Shown: positions 36,922 to 46,411, counted from the stretch's first letter. The stretch is 64,000 bases of DNA from Candidatus Eiseniibacteriota bacterium (GCA_965224245.1 OZ245046.1:4416001-4480000), one strand, 5' to 3'. The notes: generated from the sequence alone by a model not told the origin. Made by a program: numbers and translations.

Positions 36922-37533
36922 CTACGGACACTCCGCCAGGAAGTGCCGCTGGAACTCCACGAAGTCCGACAACGAGACGAAGTCATCGCAGTCCGCGAAG
37001 TCGAACCGCGGATCCGCCGACAGAAAGCCCATCTGGAAACGAACGAAGTCGGCGAGGCCGACCTGTCCGTCGCCATCGTTGTCGGCCGACGCGGCCGAGT
37101 CGTAACGGCCGAGATCGCAGCCGAACGACTCGATCCGGACCGCATCCGTCGTGACGCACGTGCCGCCGAGACGCGGTGAGAACACGACGACGCCGCTCGC
37201 ATCGGTGAGCGCGGTGAGGACCGTCGGCGGTAGGCCGGTCTCGCAGGAAACGAGCTCGTCGCATGCGGCCGAGAAGATCATCTCCACGGTCGCGTCGCCG
37301 AGCGGCAGCCCGTCGGATCCGAGGACGGTGACCTCGAGTGGGATCCCACCGTCGGGGCTGAAACGCATGCACAGCGGCGCGTCGACCGCCTGGGGATCCG
37401 GGCAGACGACACCCTCGGGCGGATCGTCGCAGATCTCCCAGCAGCCGGCCTGTGCCGACGGGGTGACGACTAGAGCCGCGGCCACGATGCCGATGGCGGT
37501 CGCGGCGGTGCGTCGCGGTGAGGAAGAGGGCAT
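36922..37533 (-). CDS. Secreted Cys-rich protein with Ig-like domain and C-terminal dockerin/EF-hand-like pair
   Basis: Signal peptide; VTVLGSDGLPL..TDASG..F; ADNDGDGQVGLADF and DFADCDDFVSLSDF. Confidence 0.65.
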   Translation of the reverse strand: MPSSSPRRTAATAIGIVAAALVVTPSAQAGCWEICDDPPEGVVCPDPQAVDAPLCMRFSPDGGIPLEVTVLGSDGLPLGDATVEMIFSAACDELVSCETGLPPTVLTALTDASGVVVFSPRLGGTCVTTDAVRIESFGCDLGRYDSAASADNDGDGQVGLADFVRFQMGFLSADPRFDFADCDDFVSLSDFVEFQRHFLAECP

Positions 37534-37671
37534 CTCGAGCCTCCCAGGGGCAGATCCGGGGTCGGGTCCGGGAGGAGGGACGGCTCGTAGTATGGATGAG
37601 AAGCCATCGCGCCACAAGACGTCGCGGCCCGATCGGTCCCGATCGGGTCGCGAGGATTCGAGCACCTCGAC

Positions 37672-39354
37672 TCAGCGCGTGAGCTGGCGGTACTTGATCC
37701 GCTTGGGGATCTCCGCCGCCGCGCCCAGCCGCTCCCGGCGATTGGCCTCGTAGGACGAGTAGTTCCCGTCGAACCAGACGGCCTCGCTGTCGCCTTCGAA
37801 CGCGAGAACGTGCGTGGCGATCCGATCCAGGAACCAGCGATCGTGGCTGATGATCAGCGCACACCCGGCGAACGACAGGAGCGCCTCCTCGAGCGCGCGC
37901 ATCGTGTTGACGTCGAGATCGTTCGTGGGCTCGTCGAGCAGGAGCACGTTGGCCCCGGCCTTCAGCATGCGCGCCAGGTGCACGCGATTGCGCTCGCCGC
38001 CGGAGAGATTGCCGACCTTCTTCTGCTGATCGGAGCCGCCGAAGTTGAAGCGCGCCACGTAGGCTCGCGAGTTCACCTCGCGCGATCCGAGCGCGATCAG
38101 GTCCTCGCCGTCGGAGATCGCCTCCCAGATCGTGTGGTCCGGATCGAGGCTGTCGCGCGACTGGTCCACGTACGCGAGCGACACCGAGTCACCGAGCGTG
38201 ATCGTGCCCCCGTCCGGCGTCTCCTGCCCGGTGATCATGCGGAAGAGCGTCGTCTTCCCGGCACCGTTGGGACCGATGATCCCCACGATGGCGCCGGCGG
38301 GAACGAGGAAGGACAGACCGCCGACCAGGAGCCGGTCGCCGTAGCCCTTCGAGACGTCGGCCGCCTCGATCACCGATTGCCCGAGCCGCGGTCCCGGGGG
38401 GATGTAGATCTCCATCTGCTCGGAGGCCGACTCGCGATCCTGGTTCAGGAGGTCCTCGTAGGCCGAGATGCGCGCCTTGGACTTGGCGTGCCGTCCGCGG
38501 GGGCTCATGCGCACCCACTCGAGCTCGCGCTCGAGCGTCTTCTGACGCTTCGTGTCGGCCTTCTCCTCGTGGCGGAGTCGCTCCTGCTTCTGCTCCAGCC
38601 AGGACGAGTAGTTGCCTTTCCACGGAATGCCGCGGCCCCGATCCAGCTCCAGGATCCATCCGGCGACGTTGTCGAGGAAGTACCGGTCGTGCGTGACCGC
38701 GATAACCGTGCCCGCGTACTCGTGCAGATGATGCTCGAGCCACGCCACCGACTCGGCGTCGAGGTGGTTCGTGGGCTCGTCCAGGAGCAGGATGTCCGGC
38801 TTCTGGAGCAGGAGCCGGCACAGCGCCACCCGGCGGCGCTCACCGCCGGAGATCACGTCACAGGTCATGTCGCCGGGGGGGCAACGCAGCGCGTCCATGG
38901 CCATGTCCAGGCGCGAGTCGAGGTCCCAGGCGTCGGCGGCGTCGATCTTCTCCTGGATCTCGCCCTGCTGCTCGATGAGCTTCATCATCTCGTCGTCGTC
39001 GAGGGGTTCGCCGAGCTTCTCGGAGATCTCGTTGAACGTCTTGACCAGATCGACGAGGTCCTGCATGCCCTCCTCGACGACCTCCCGGACCGTGCGAGTC
39101 TCGTTGGCGAGCGGCTCCTGCTCCAGCAGACCGATCGTGAAGCCCGGGGAAACGGCGGTCTCGCCGTCGAACTCGGTGTCCACGCCGGCCAGGATGCGCA
39201 GGAGCGAGCTCTTGCCCGACCCGTTCAGCCCCAGGACGCCGATCTTCGCCCCGTAGAAGTAGGACAGCGAGATGTCGCGCAGCACGGGCTTCTTGTCGTA
39301 GTACTTGCTGACGCGCATCATCGAGTAGATGACTTTTTCCGCCTCGTTGCTCAT
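37672..39354 (-). CDS. ettA: Energy-dependent translational throttle protein (ABC-F)
   Basis: ISLSYFYGAKIGVLGLNGSGKS, SGGERRRVALCRLLL, ELEWVR, two ABC domains. Confidence 0.95.
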   Translation of the reverse strand: MSNEAEKVIYSMMRVSKYYDKKPVLRDISLSYFYGAKIGVLGLNGSGKSSLLRILAGVDTEFDGETAVSPGFTIGLLEQEPLANETRTVREVVEEGMQDLVDLVKTFNEISEKLGEPLDDDEMMKLIEQQGEIQEKIDAADAWDLDSRLDMAMDALRCPPGDMTCDVISGGERRRVALCRLLLQKPDILLLDEPTNHLDAESVAWLEHHLHEYAGTVIAVTHDRYFLDNVAGWILELDRGRGIPWKGNYSSWLEQKQERLRHEEKADTKRQKTLERELEWVRMSPRGRHAKSKARISAYEDLLNQDRESASEQMEIYIPPGPRLGQSVIEAADVSKGYGDRLLVGGLSFLVPAGAIVGIIGPNGAGKTTLFRMITGQETPDGGTITLGDSVSLAYVDQSRDSLDPDHTIWEAISDGEDLIALGSREVNSRAYVARFNFGGSDQQKKVGNLSGGERNRVHLARMLKAGANVLLLDEPTNDLDVNTMRALEEALLSFAGCALIISHDRWFLDRIATHVLAFEGDSEAVWFDGNYSSYEANRRERLGAAAEIPKRIKYRQLTR

Positions 39355-39401
39355 CGACACTCGTTCCTGTTGCGGGCTCGCGGCTCTCGCCGCGGCGTCC
39401 T

Positions 39402-39683
39402 TCAGTCCTGGCGGCTCTGCACTTCGATCAGGTGGTAGCCGAACTGCGTCTGGATCGGGCCCTGCACCTCTCCGACCGGCGCGGTGAACACGACGTCCTC
39501 GAACTCCTTGACCATCTGACCCTTTCCGAACTCGCCGAGGTTTCCGCCGTTGCGGCCGGACGGACAGTTGGAGTGCTCGCGTGCCACCTCGGCGAAGTCG
39601 GCGCCTCCCTCGATGCGGGTCTTGAGCTCCATGCAGGAGGCTTCGGTGTCGACGAGTATGTGCCGTGCGCTGGCGCGTGACAT
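39402..39683 (-). CDS. ppiC: Parvulin peptidyl-prolyl isomerase
   Basis: ASARHILV, HSNCPSGRNGGNLG, GQMVKEFE, TQFGYHLI. Confidence 0.92.
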   Translation of the reverse strand: MSRASARHILVDTEASCMELKTRIEGGADFAEVAREHSNCPSGRNGGNLGEFGKGQMVKEFEDVVFTAPVGEVQGPIQTQFGYHLIEVQSRQD

Positions 39684-39755
39684 GACGGTTCCTTTGCTTG
39701 AGGATCGGGGAAAGACGGACGCCCTCGACGGGCGCCCGGTCGCTCGTCTGCGGCG

Positions 39756-39959
39756 CTACGCGGTGAAGTCGCGATCCTTGACCGTCTTTCGGCCGTCCGC
39801 GCGCGCGTTCTCGATCGCGTCGTCGCAGAGCCGGCGAATGCGATCGGACAGGACCGCCGCCACGCCGTCGGACGTCTTCATGCCCGACCTGGCGCGAATG
39901 TACTTCTTCAGCTTCGACACGACGACCAGGACCTCATCCATGGCGACTTCGTCTGACAT
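39756..39959 (-). CDS. Bacterial histone-fold protein (Bd0055-like)
   Basis: EVLVVVSKLKKYIRARSGMKTS...LSDRIRRLCDDAIENARADGRKTVKDRDF; GGAGG RBS. Confidence 0.85.
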   Translation of the reverse strand: MSDEVAMDEVLVVVSKLKKYIRARSGMKTSDGVAAVLSDRIRRLCDDAIENARADGRKTVKDRDFTA

Positions 39960-40028
39960 GATTGCCTCCGGCTGCGACCCATCGGCCCGCGCGGCGACCC
40001 CCGCCGCGCGACGATCCGTCCGTGAACT

Positions 40029-40313
40029 CTAGAGAACCGAGTCTATCTCGCGCGCGAGCGCGAAGTCTCGCTCGGAGATGCCCGCCACGTCGTGCGTGTT
40101 CAGGTCGATCACGACGCGATTGTAGACGTTGAACCACTCCGGATGGTGGCCCGCGCGCTCGGCCAGGATCGCGACGCGGGTCATGAAGCCGAAGGCGCCG
40201 ACGAAGTCCGCCATCTGGAACTCACGGTGGAGCTTCCCCCCGGTGAGCGTCCAGTCGGGAACATGGCTCATGCGTTCGCGGATCTCGTCGTCGCTGAGCT
40301 TGCGTAACGCCAT
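40029..40313 (-). CDS. phhB: Pterin-4-alpha-carbinolamine dehydratase
   Basis: AFGFMTRVA, HHPEWFNVYNRV, THDVAGIS..D. Confidence 0.9.
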   Translation of the reverse strand: MALRKLSDDEIRERMSHVPDWTLTGGKLHREFQMADFVGAFGFMTRVAILAERAGHHPEWFNVYNRVVIDLNTHDVAGISERDFALAREIDSVL

Positions 40314-40557
40314 GCCGGCGGTCTCCTCCATCCAGACGGGTCCGGTCTCACCCTCGGGGCACCACGACCGCGTGGGCCGCGTGCGTCACCGCGGAGTCGG
40401 CATCATACGCGCGAACCGGTCGCCGGGGCGAACCTGCATTGCGGGTTTTCCGGACGCTGCCAGCGCGCTACGCTCCCGTTGCGCACCGGGGCGCGAAACG
40501 CTGGGGGCCCCGTCGCGAGGCTCGCCGTGGCCGGCCAACCCGAAAGGACCCGCGCTC

Positions 40558-41049
40558 TTGGACGTGACCACCCGTCTCCGACGTCGGATCCACTACCACA
40601 TCTGGGCCAACCGCGTCGTCGGCGGCGCGCTCGTCGAGGACGCACCCGACGAGGCCGACCCGGCGCGCGTGCCCGAGCCGGCGATCCGCTGGTTCGCACA
40701 TCTGGTCGCGTGCGACGACCTGTGGCTGTCCAGAATGGCCCAGATCCCCTTCGGATGGGAGGTTTGGCCCGAGGATCCGCTGCCCGTCGTGCTCGAGCGG
40801 CTCGACGCCACCGTCGCGCGCTGGCACCCGCTGCTCGCCGCTCTGAACACCGACATGCTGGACAGGTCGGTCCCGTACGTCAACACCCCGGGGCAACGCT
40901 TCGAGAATCGCGTCGCCGACATCCTCGAGCACGTCGTGATCCACGGGAGCCACCATCGGGGTCAGATCGCGGCGAGTCTGCGCGCGAGCGGACGCGTTCC
41001 ACCCACCATCGACTTCATCCACGCGGTCCGGCAGGGACTGATCCCGTGA
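40558..41049 (+). CDS. DinB-family protein
   Basis: YHIWAN, FAHLV..DDLWLSR, LEHVVIHGSHHRGQI. Confidence 0.85.
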   Translation: MDVTTRLRRRIHYHIWANRVVGGALVEDAPDEADPARVPEPAIRWFAHLVACDDLWLSRMAQIPFGWEVWPEDPLPVVLERLDATVARWHPLLAALNTDMLDRSVPYVNTPGQRFENRVADILEHVVIHGSHHRGQIAASLRASGRVPPTIDFIHAVRQGLIP

Positions 41050-41338
41050 GCAGGTGCATCGAAGCCGGTAAGAAGATGGCGTTTGGTTGTTTACGAGCCT
41101 CGGGAGGTTTCCCGGTTCCGTCCGCGGTCGGCGCGGGTCGACGGCGCCCAGGACGTTCGCCGATGCCGCGCGAGCCCGCCGACCGCGTGGCCGGCACTCG
41201 ATCCCGCCCGGTCGGAATCCCGACCGTGTCTCGTGGCATCCAAATCGAACAGATGTCTCGGCGGCGACCCTCGTGTGTCCCGCCACGCGGTACCGCCTCG
41301 GGTTATCGAGGAATCGCGCCCAAACGAAAGGTGACGAC

Positions 41339-41671
41339 GTGGAGTCGTACTACAAGCCCGAACACCTGCCGCGCTTCGGCGACATCTCGTCCGGCAACTC
41401 GGAGCTGGCCCGGAAGTTCTTCGACTACTACGGCAGCGTCTTCGCCGACGGGGCGCTCTCGGTGCGCGAGAAATCGCTGATCGCGCTGGCGGTCGCGCAC
41501 ACCGTTCAGTGCCCGTACTGCATCGACGCGTACACGAGCTCGTGCCTGGAAAGCGGAGGCGACCTCGAGCAGATGACCGAGGCCATCCACGTGGCCACCG
41601 CCATTCGTGGCGGATCGTCGCTGGTTCACGGGATCCAGATGCTCGAGAAGGTCGAGAAGGCCGGCATGTAG
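41339..41671 (+). CDS. Arsenosugar-biosynthesis-associated peroxidase-like protein (AhpD/CMD family)
   Basis: FFDYYGSVF..GALS.REKSLIALAVAH.VQCPYCIDAY; adjacent to arsS. Confidence 0.88.
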   Translation: MESYYKPEHLPRFGDISSGNSELARKFFDYYGSVFADGALSVREKSLIALAVAHTVQCPYCIDAYTSSCLESGGDLEQMTEAIHVATAIRGGSSLVHGIQMLEKVEKAGM

Positions 41672-41709
41672 CCGACCGCTTCTCCCGCCGCCGAAACCCA
41701 GGGGATTCC

Positions 41710-42855
41710 ATGGACGACACCGTCGACACCGCCCGGCCCAGCTCACCGCCAGACGTCGGAGTTTCGCTCTCGTCGGCGGAATCGGGACCCAAGCCCACGA
41801 CGAGCATGCTCTCGCGACGGACACCACTCGCGCCGCCCGAGGCCGAGCGTGCGCTCCTCGCCGGGCTGGACCTACGCGACGCCGACGGCGCGAGGGTCGA
41901 GTTCGATCGAGCCATGCGGAAAGCGGGCAACGCCCCGCTACGCCCGGCAGCGCTGGACGTCTTCCAGATCAACCTGGGCAAGCTCTGCAACATGACGTGC
42001 CGGCACTGTCACGTGGATGCGGGTCCCGACCGGAGCGACGCGATGATGACCCGGGCGACCGTGGAGGCGTGCCTCGCGGCGCTGGACCGCTCGACGGCCC
42101 ACACCGTGGACATCACCGGCGGTGCTCCCGAGCTGCACCCCGACTTCCGTTACCTCGTCGACGCCTGCGTCGCGCGCGGCAAGCACGTCATCGACCGCTG
42201 CAACCTGACCATCCTCCTGGTGCCGAAGTTCGCCGATCTCCCCGCGTGGCTCGCGGAGCGAGGCGTCGAGATCGTCGCGTCGCTGCCGCACTACCGGAAG
42301 CTGAACACCGACCGCCAGCGAGGCGACGGCGCGTACGAGAAGTCGATCCGCGCGCTCCGCCTGCTCAACGACGCCGGCTACGGCCAGGGCGATCCCGGGC
42401 GGACGCTCACGCTGATGAGCAACCCGGCCGGCGCGTTCCTCGGCGGCTGTCAGGTCACGATGGAGACAGAGTGGAAGCGCGAGCTCGAGCGCCATCACGG
42501 GATCACGTTCGATCGGCTCTTCGTGCTGAACAACATGCCCATCTCGCGCTTTCTGGAATGGCTGGTGGACTCGGGCAACCTCGACGCCTACATGGCGAGG
42601 CTCGTCGGCGCATACAACCCGGCCACGATCGACGGGCTCATGTGCCGCAACACGCTCTCGGTGAGCTGGGACGGTCGTCTGTACGATTGCGACTTCAATC
42701 AGATGCTCGACATCGAGTCGGATCTCGGATCCCACCGCCCGCACGTCGCCGACTTCGACCCCGCCGCGTTCGCGGCCCGCGGCATTCGCACCGCTCGGCA
42801 CTGCTTCGGCTGCACCGCCGGCGCGGGTAGCTCTTGCGGTGGCGCGACGACATAG
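41710..42855 (+). CDS. arsS: Arsenosugar biosynthesis radical SAM protein (ArsS-like)
   Basis: QINLGKLCNMTCRHCHVDAGP, DITGGAPE, GLMCRNTLSVSWDG.LYDCDFNQ, HCFGCTAGAGSSCGG; start codon uncertain. Confidence 0.85.
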   Translation: MDDTVDTARPSSPPDVGVSLSSAESGPKPTTSMLSRRTPLAPPEAERALLAGLDLRDADGARVEFDRAMRKAGNAPLRPAALDVFQINLGKLCNMTCRHCHVDAGPDRSDAMMTRATVEACLAALDRSTAHTVDITGGAPELHPDFRYLVDACVARGKHVIDRCNLTILLVPKFADLPAWLAERGVEIVASLPHYRKLNTDRQRGDGAYEKSIRALRLLNDAGYGQGDPGRTLTLMSNPAGAFLGGCQVTMETEWKRELERHHGITFDRLFVLNNMPISRFLEWLVDSGNLDAYMARLVGAYNPATIDGLMCRNTLSVSWDGRLYDCDFNQMLDIESDLGSHRPHVADFDPAAFAARGIRTARHCFGCTAGAGSSCGGATT

Positions 42856-42908
42856 CGCAGGATCGACCTCCACCCGACGGGCCTGGGTTCGAGCGAGGGA
42901 GGACGCCC

Positions 42909-43442
42909 GTGATCGACGTCTCCACGACCGCGGCCTACCGCGGCATTCACTTCGTGCACTTCGTCCTGGCCGCGACGTGGCTCGGCGCCGCCGCGGCGGC
43001 CGACGCGAAGCTGGGGCAGATCGAGGCCGCGTCCGACGAGCCGGCGCGACGCGCGGCGTGGCGTCACGTCCGGCGCTTGACCGTCGGGGTCGAGATGCCG
43101 GCCGTGGGACTGCTCCTGGCCCTCGGCCTGATGCTCGCGGGGATGCACGTCACCCTGTTCCGGGAGCCGTGGTTCCACGCGAAGCTCGGGGCCGTGGTCC
43201 TGCTCGTCATCAGCTTCGTGCTCGTGTCGGTCTCGCAGCGCCGTCTCGGTGAGGCGCTCGACGACGGATCGGCGTCCCGGCGGACGGCCGAGCGCCGTCG
43301 CATTCGTCTGTATCGCGTGATCGCGATCCTGTCCGCCGTGCTGCTGATCGCGAGCGTCACGTTCCGGTTCGGCGCCGACGCGGGTGCCGCGAGCGAGGCC
43401 GAGGCCCCGACCGCGACGAGCAGTGGAACGCGCGCGCCATGA
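42909..43442 (+). CDS. Four-helix membrane protein (DUF2269/CopD/HemJ-like)
   Basis: HFVHFVLAATWLG, GLML, PWFHAKL. Confidence 0.6.
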   Translation: MIDVSTTAAYRGIHFVHFVLAATWLGAAAAADAKLGQIEAASDEPARRAAWRHVRRLTVGVEMPAVGLLLALGLMLAGMHVTLFREPWFHAKLGAVVLLVISFVLVSVSQRRLGEALDDGSASRRTAERRRIRLYRVIAILSAVLLIASVTFRFGADAGAASEAEAPTATSSGTRAP

Positions 43443-44197
43443 GCACCCGCGGGCCGGGCGATGGAGCCGATGGGGGCCGCGCCGACGATCCCGGCGGCGA
43501 CACGCTGGCGTACTGGTCGGATCCGAAGCGGGTGCGGGAGTTCGCGGAGCGTGACGCCGATCATCGACTCGTCGAGATCGCACGAGACGTCGGCGATCCC
43601 GCGTCGACGCGGGTGCTGGACCTCGGCTGCGCGGCCGGGCGAAACGCCGTGTATCTCGCCGAGCGGGGCTTCGACGTCGTGGCCGTGGATCTCTCGCCCG
43701 CCATGGTCGCCGAGACGGTCCGCCGTCTGACGCCGATCTTCGGGGAGAGCGCCGCCCGCGCGCGCGTTCACCAGCGGGGCATCGAGGACCTCTCGTTCGT
43801 TCCGGCCGAGAGCGTCGATCTCGTGGTCGCCCTCGGCATTCTCCACTTCGCTCGCGACGAGGACGCACTCGCCGCCCTGTTGACCGACATCACGCGCCTT
43901 CTCAGCGGGACCGGCCGTGTGCTCGTGTCGGTCTTCGCACCGGGCACACGGCTGGGCGAGCGCGGGTTCGATCCGGTGCCGGGCGCGCGGCTTCGCCACG
44001 TGTCACCCGACGGGACGACCGGCTGCCTCCTGGATCCTCCCGCCCTCGACGCCGAGATGGCCCGCGTCGGCCTCGTGCCGGTCACGCCGACCGAGCGCGT
44101 GTACCGGGAGACCGACACGTCCGTCCGCGTGGTGACGAACGGGTTCTTTCGCCGCCCTGACCCCGGAGACCGCGGCGACCGGGCGACCGTCGGCTAG
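43439..44197 (+). CDS. Class I SAM-dependent methyltransferase
   Basis: VLDLGCAAGRNA, VAVDLSPAM, SVDLVVALGILHF. Confidence 0.85.
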   Translation: MSTRGPGDGADGGRADDPGGDTLAYWSDPKRVREFAERDADHRLVEIARDVGDPASTRVLDLGCAAGRNAVYLAERGFDVVAVDLSPAMVAETVRRLTPIFGESAARARVHQRGIEDLSFVPAESVDLVVALGILHFARDEDALAALLTDITRLLSGTGRVLVSVFAPGTRLGERGFDPVPGARLRHVSPDGTTGCLLDPPALDAEMARVGLVPVTPTERVYRETDTSVRVVTNGFFRRPDPGDRGDRATVG

Positions 44198-44592
44198 GGG
44201 CGGATGAGCGGGCCGGCGATTCCGGCGCCCACCGCCCCCAGAGCCGCGAGCACGAGCCCCAGCATCGGCATGAAGAGGGCGGCGACCACGAGCCCCCGGC
44301 GCACCGGAACGCCGAGGAGCGCGCGCTCGAGCCCCACCAGCGCGACCGCCGACGTCACCAGCGCCATCGCCGCTCCATCCAGGGGCCGCCAGGCGACGAC
44401 CAGGAACGCCGTGGCCCCGGTGGCACACGCCCACGTGATCGAGACCGCGAGGGACTCGCGGTAGGTCTGCTCCACCGACGCCACCCAGGCCGATGCTCGC
44501 GTGAGGGCGGTCAGAACCCCCAGCGCGACGACACCCAGCAAGACGGCGACGCCGAGCCCCGCGGGACCGAGATTGTCGAGTAGCTCCGCCAT
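44194..44592 (-). CDS. Hypothetical membrane protein
   Basis: Four hydrophobic segments from ATG 44592; fills an intergenic gap. Confidence 0.5.
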   Translation of the reverse strand: MAELLDNLGPAGLGVAVLLGVVALGVLTALTRASAWVASVEQTYRESLAVSITWACATGATAFLVVAWRPLDGAAMALVTSAVALVGLERALLGVPVRRGLVVAALFMPMLGLVLAALGAVGAGIAGPLIRP

Positions 44593-44712
44593 CGTCGACC
44601 GTTTCGCGGTAGGCTGTTTCGCGGTGATGATCCGGGCGACCCCGCCCGCGAGACGCGGTCGCGCGGCCGCGGTCGCGATTAGACCACGCCGGACCCGACA
44701 CGGGACACCGTC

Positions 44713-46248
44713 ATGCACGACACGCTCTCCGCATCGACATCGGACGCGCCGCTCGACGTCATCGTCGTGGGGTCCGGCCCGGCTGCGGCCACGGCCGCAC
44801 GGCTGCTGACGGTGCTCGAGCACCGCGTACTCCTGGTCGCCGCGCCGAGCGCGCCGGGGCCGTTCGATCCGCACATCGTGCTGCCGCTCTCGGCGCTCCG
44901 GAGCTTCGGACTGCTGGGGCTGAACGAGGCGGTACGCGCGGTCGGATGGCCGATCCGCTCCAGCGACATCCGCTGGGGGGATTCCGGAGCGTCCGATCCG
45001 CCGGGACGCGACTCGGGCTTCCAGGTTCCCGAGCACGCGCTCGCCGGCTCGCTCCTCGGGGCCCTCGGCGAGCTGGGCGTCGCGATGAGGCACGACGTCG
45101 TCACCGAGATCACGCCACCGTCGGGGCCTCCGTGGCTGACCGAGGTCGCCTTCGCGAGCGGTGACCGCGTGCGGACCCGGCTCGTGATCTGCACGGTGCC
45201 CGGGCTGATGCCCGACGACTCGAGACCCCGCACCGCGTCCCTCGGCGACGCGGCGACGAGCGTTCTCGTGACCGGCGTCGGCGACGCGAGAATGCCCCGC
45301 GGTCACCATCACGTCGAGACGTTCGACGACGCGTGGGCCTGGGCTCTCCGGCACGACGAGATTCACGCACAGCTCACCCTCTTTCACGATCCACGGGATG
45401 CGCCGTTCGGGCGCCCGATCGACGCGCCGGCGCTCGCCGGGGCATCGAGCCTCCTCCGCGCGACTGACCCCTCGGGCGCGAGCGTGCACCCCGGGATCGA
45501 CGCCGAGCTGACCCGGCCCATCCGTCCGAGCGTTCCCGGCGACCGGGCGCCCGTGGGGACGATCCCGATCGGGCGGGCGGCCTTCGGGCTGAGCCCGCTC
45601 TCGTCCCTCGGAACGAGCCTGGCCGTCCAGACCGCCCACACGTCGGCGGCCGTGGCCGCCGCCATTCTCGGGGACGACTCGTCGTTGCCGGACGCATGGT
45701 CGGCCGGCCCCGATTCGATCTGGACCTGGTACCGCCGCGAGCTGACGAAACGCGCGCTTCGAACGCACGCGCTCACGACGCTCGCCTGCCGTGAGCCCGG
45801 CCGCCGCCACGGCACCGCCTTCTGGTCTGCGCGCGCGACCGACTGGTGGCGCGAGATCGGCGATGCCGACCTGGTCGAGGCCGCGGCTCGGTCGCGGTGG
45901 TTCGTGGAAGCCTCGCAGTCCGGGGAGATCCTCGACGCGGAGCTTCGCCTCGCGTCGGACCTCGAGGACGTCTCAGACCGCTTTCAGGCGGGGCCGACCC
46001 TGAGGGTGCGTCCCGCGGTCCGGTCCCGAGGCGGGCTTCCGATCGCCCGCGACGACTGGCTCGGCGCGCGCGCGATGACTCGCCTATTCGAGACCCCCGC
46101 CACGCTCGGCTCGGTCCTGACCCGCCTCCTCGACGAGGTGACCGACGGGGCGTCGCGCGACACCCGGCGCAAGACACTCGCCCAGACGTGCGGCCGATTC
46201 GTGGAGGCGGGACTCGTGGTCAGGGTCGGATCCGGGATGACAAAATGA
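44713..46248 (+). CDS. Divergent FAD-dependent halogenase/monooxygenase-like protein
   Basis: DVIVVGSGPAAATAARLL (Rossmann), WAWAL, IGRAAFGLSPLSSLG (degenerate GDAA...DPLxxxG). Confidence 0.6.
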   Translation: MHDTLSASTSDAPLDVIVVGSGPAAATAARLLTVLEHRVLLVAAPSAPGPFDPHIVLPLSALRSFGLLGLNEAVRAVGWPIRSSDIRWGDSGASDPPGRDSGFQVPEHALAGSLLGALGELGVAMRHDVVTEITPPSGPPWLTEVAFASGDRVRTRLVICTVPGLMPDDSRPRTASLGDAATSVLVTGVGDARMPRGHHHVETFDDAWAWALRHDEIHAQLTLFHDPRDAPFGRPIDAPALAGASSLLRATDPSGASVHPGIDAELTRPIRPSVPGDRAPVGTIPIGRAAFGLSPLSSLGTSLAVQTAHTSAAVAAAILGDDSSLPDAWSAGPDSIWTWYRRELTKRALRTHALTTLACREPGRRHGTAFWSARATDWWREIGDADLVEAAARSRWFVEASQSGEILDAELRLASDLEDVSDRFQAGPTLRVRPAVRSRGGLPIARDDWLGARAMTRLFETPATLGSVLTRLLDEVTDGASRDTRRKTLAQTCGRFVEAGLVVRVGSGMTK

Positions 46249-46262
46249 ATGTTCATTCATTT
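46243..46262. promoter_or_regulatory. Perfect palindromic operator (TetR-like)
   Basis: AAATGAATG-TT-CATTCATTT in an AT-rich patch upstream of the antiporter. Confidence 0.55.
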
Positions 46263-46411
46263 ATAAAGGCAGCCCACATATGTAATTATCGACGACGCGA
46301 CCCTCCACGGCGACGCCGCCACAAACACTTGTGCGCCCCGTCGGCGCCCCCTACTCTCGTGCGCTCGGCGTGCGCGCCGGTACCGTCGTCGACTTCCTCC
46401 GGAGAGTGCCG

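Noticed and set aside
42826-42855. Selenocysteine in the ArsS C-terminal GSSxGG motif
   Set aside because: The codon is TGC (Cys); no in-frame TGA.
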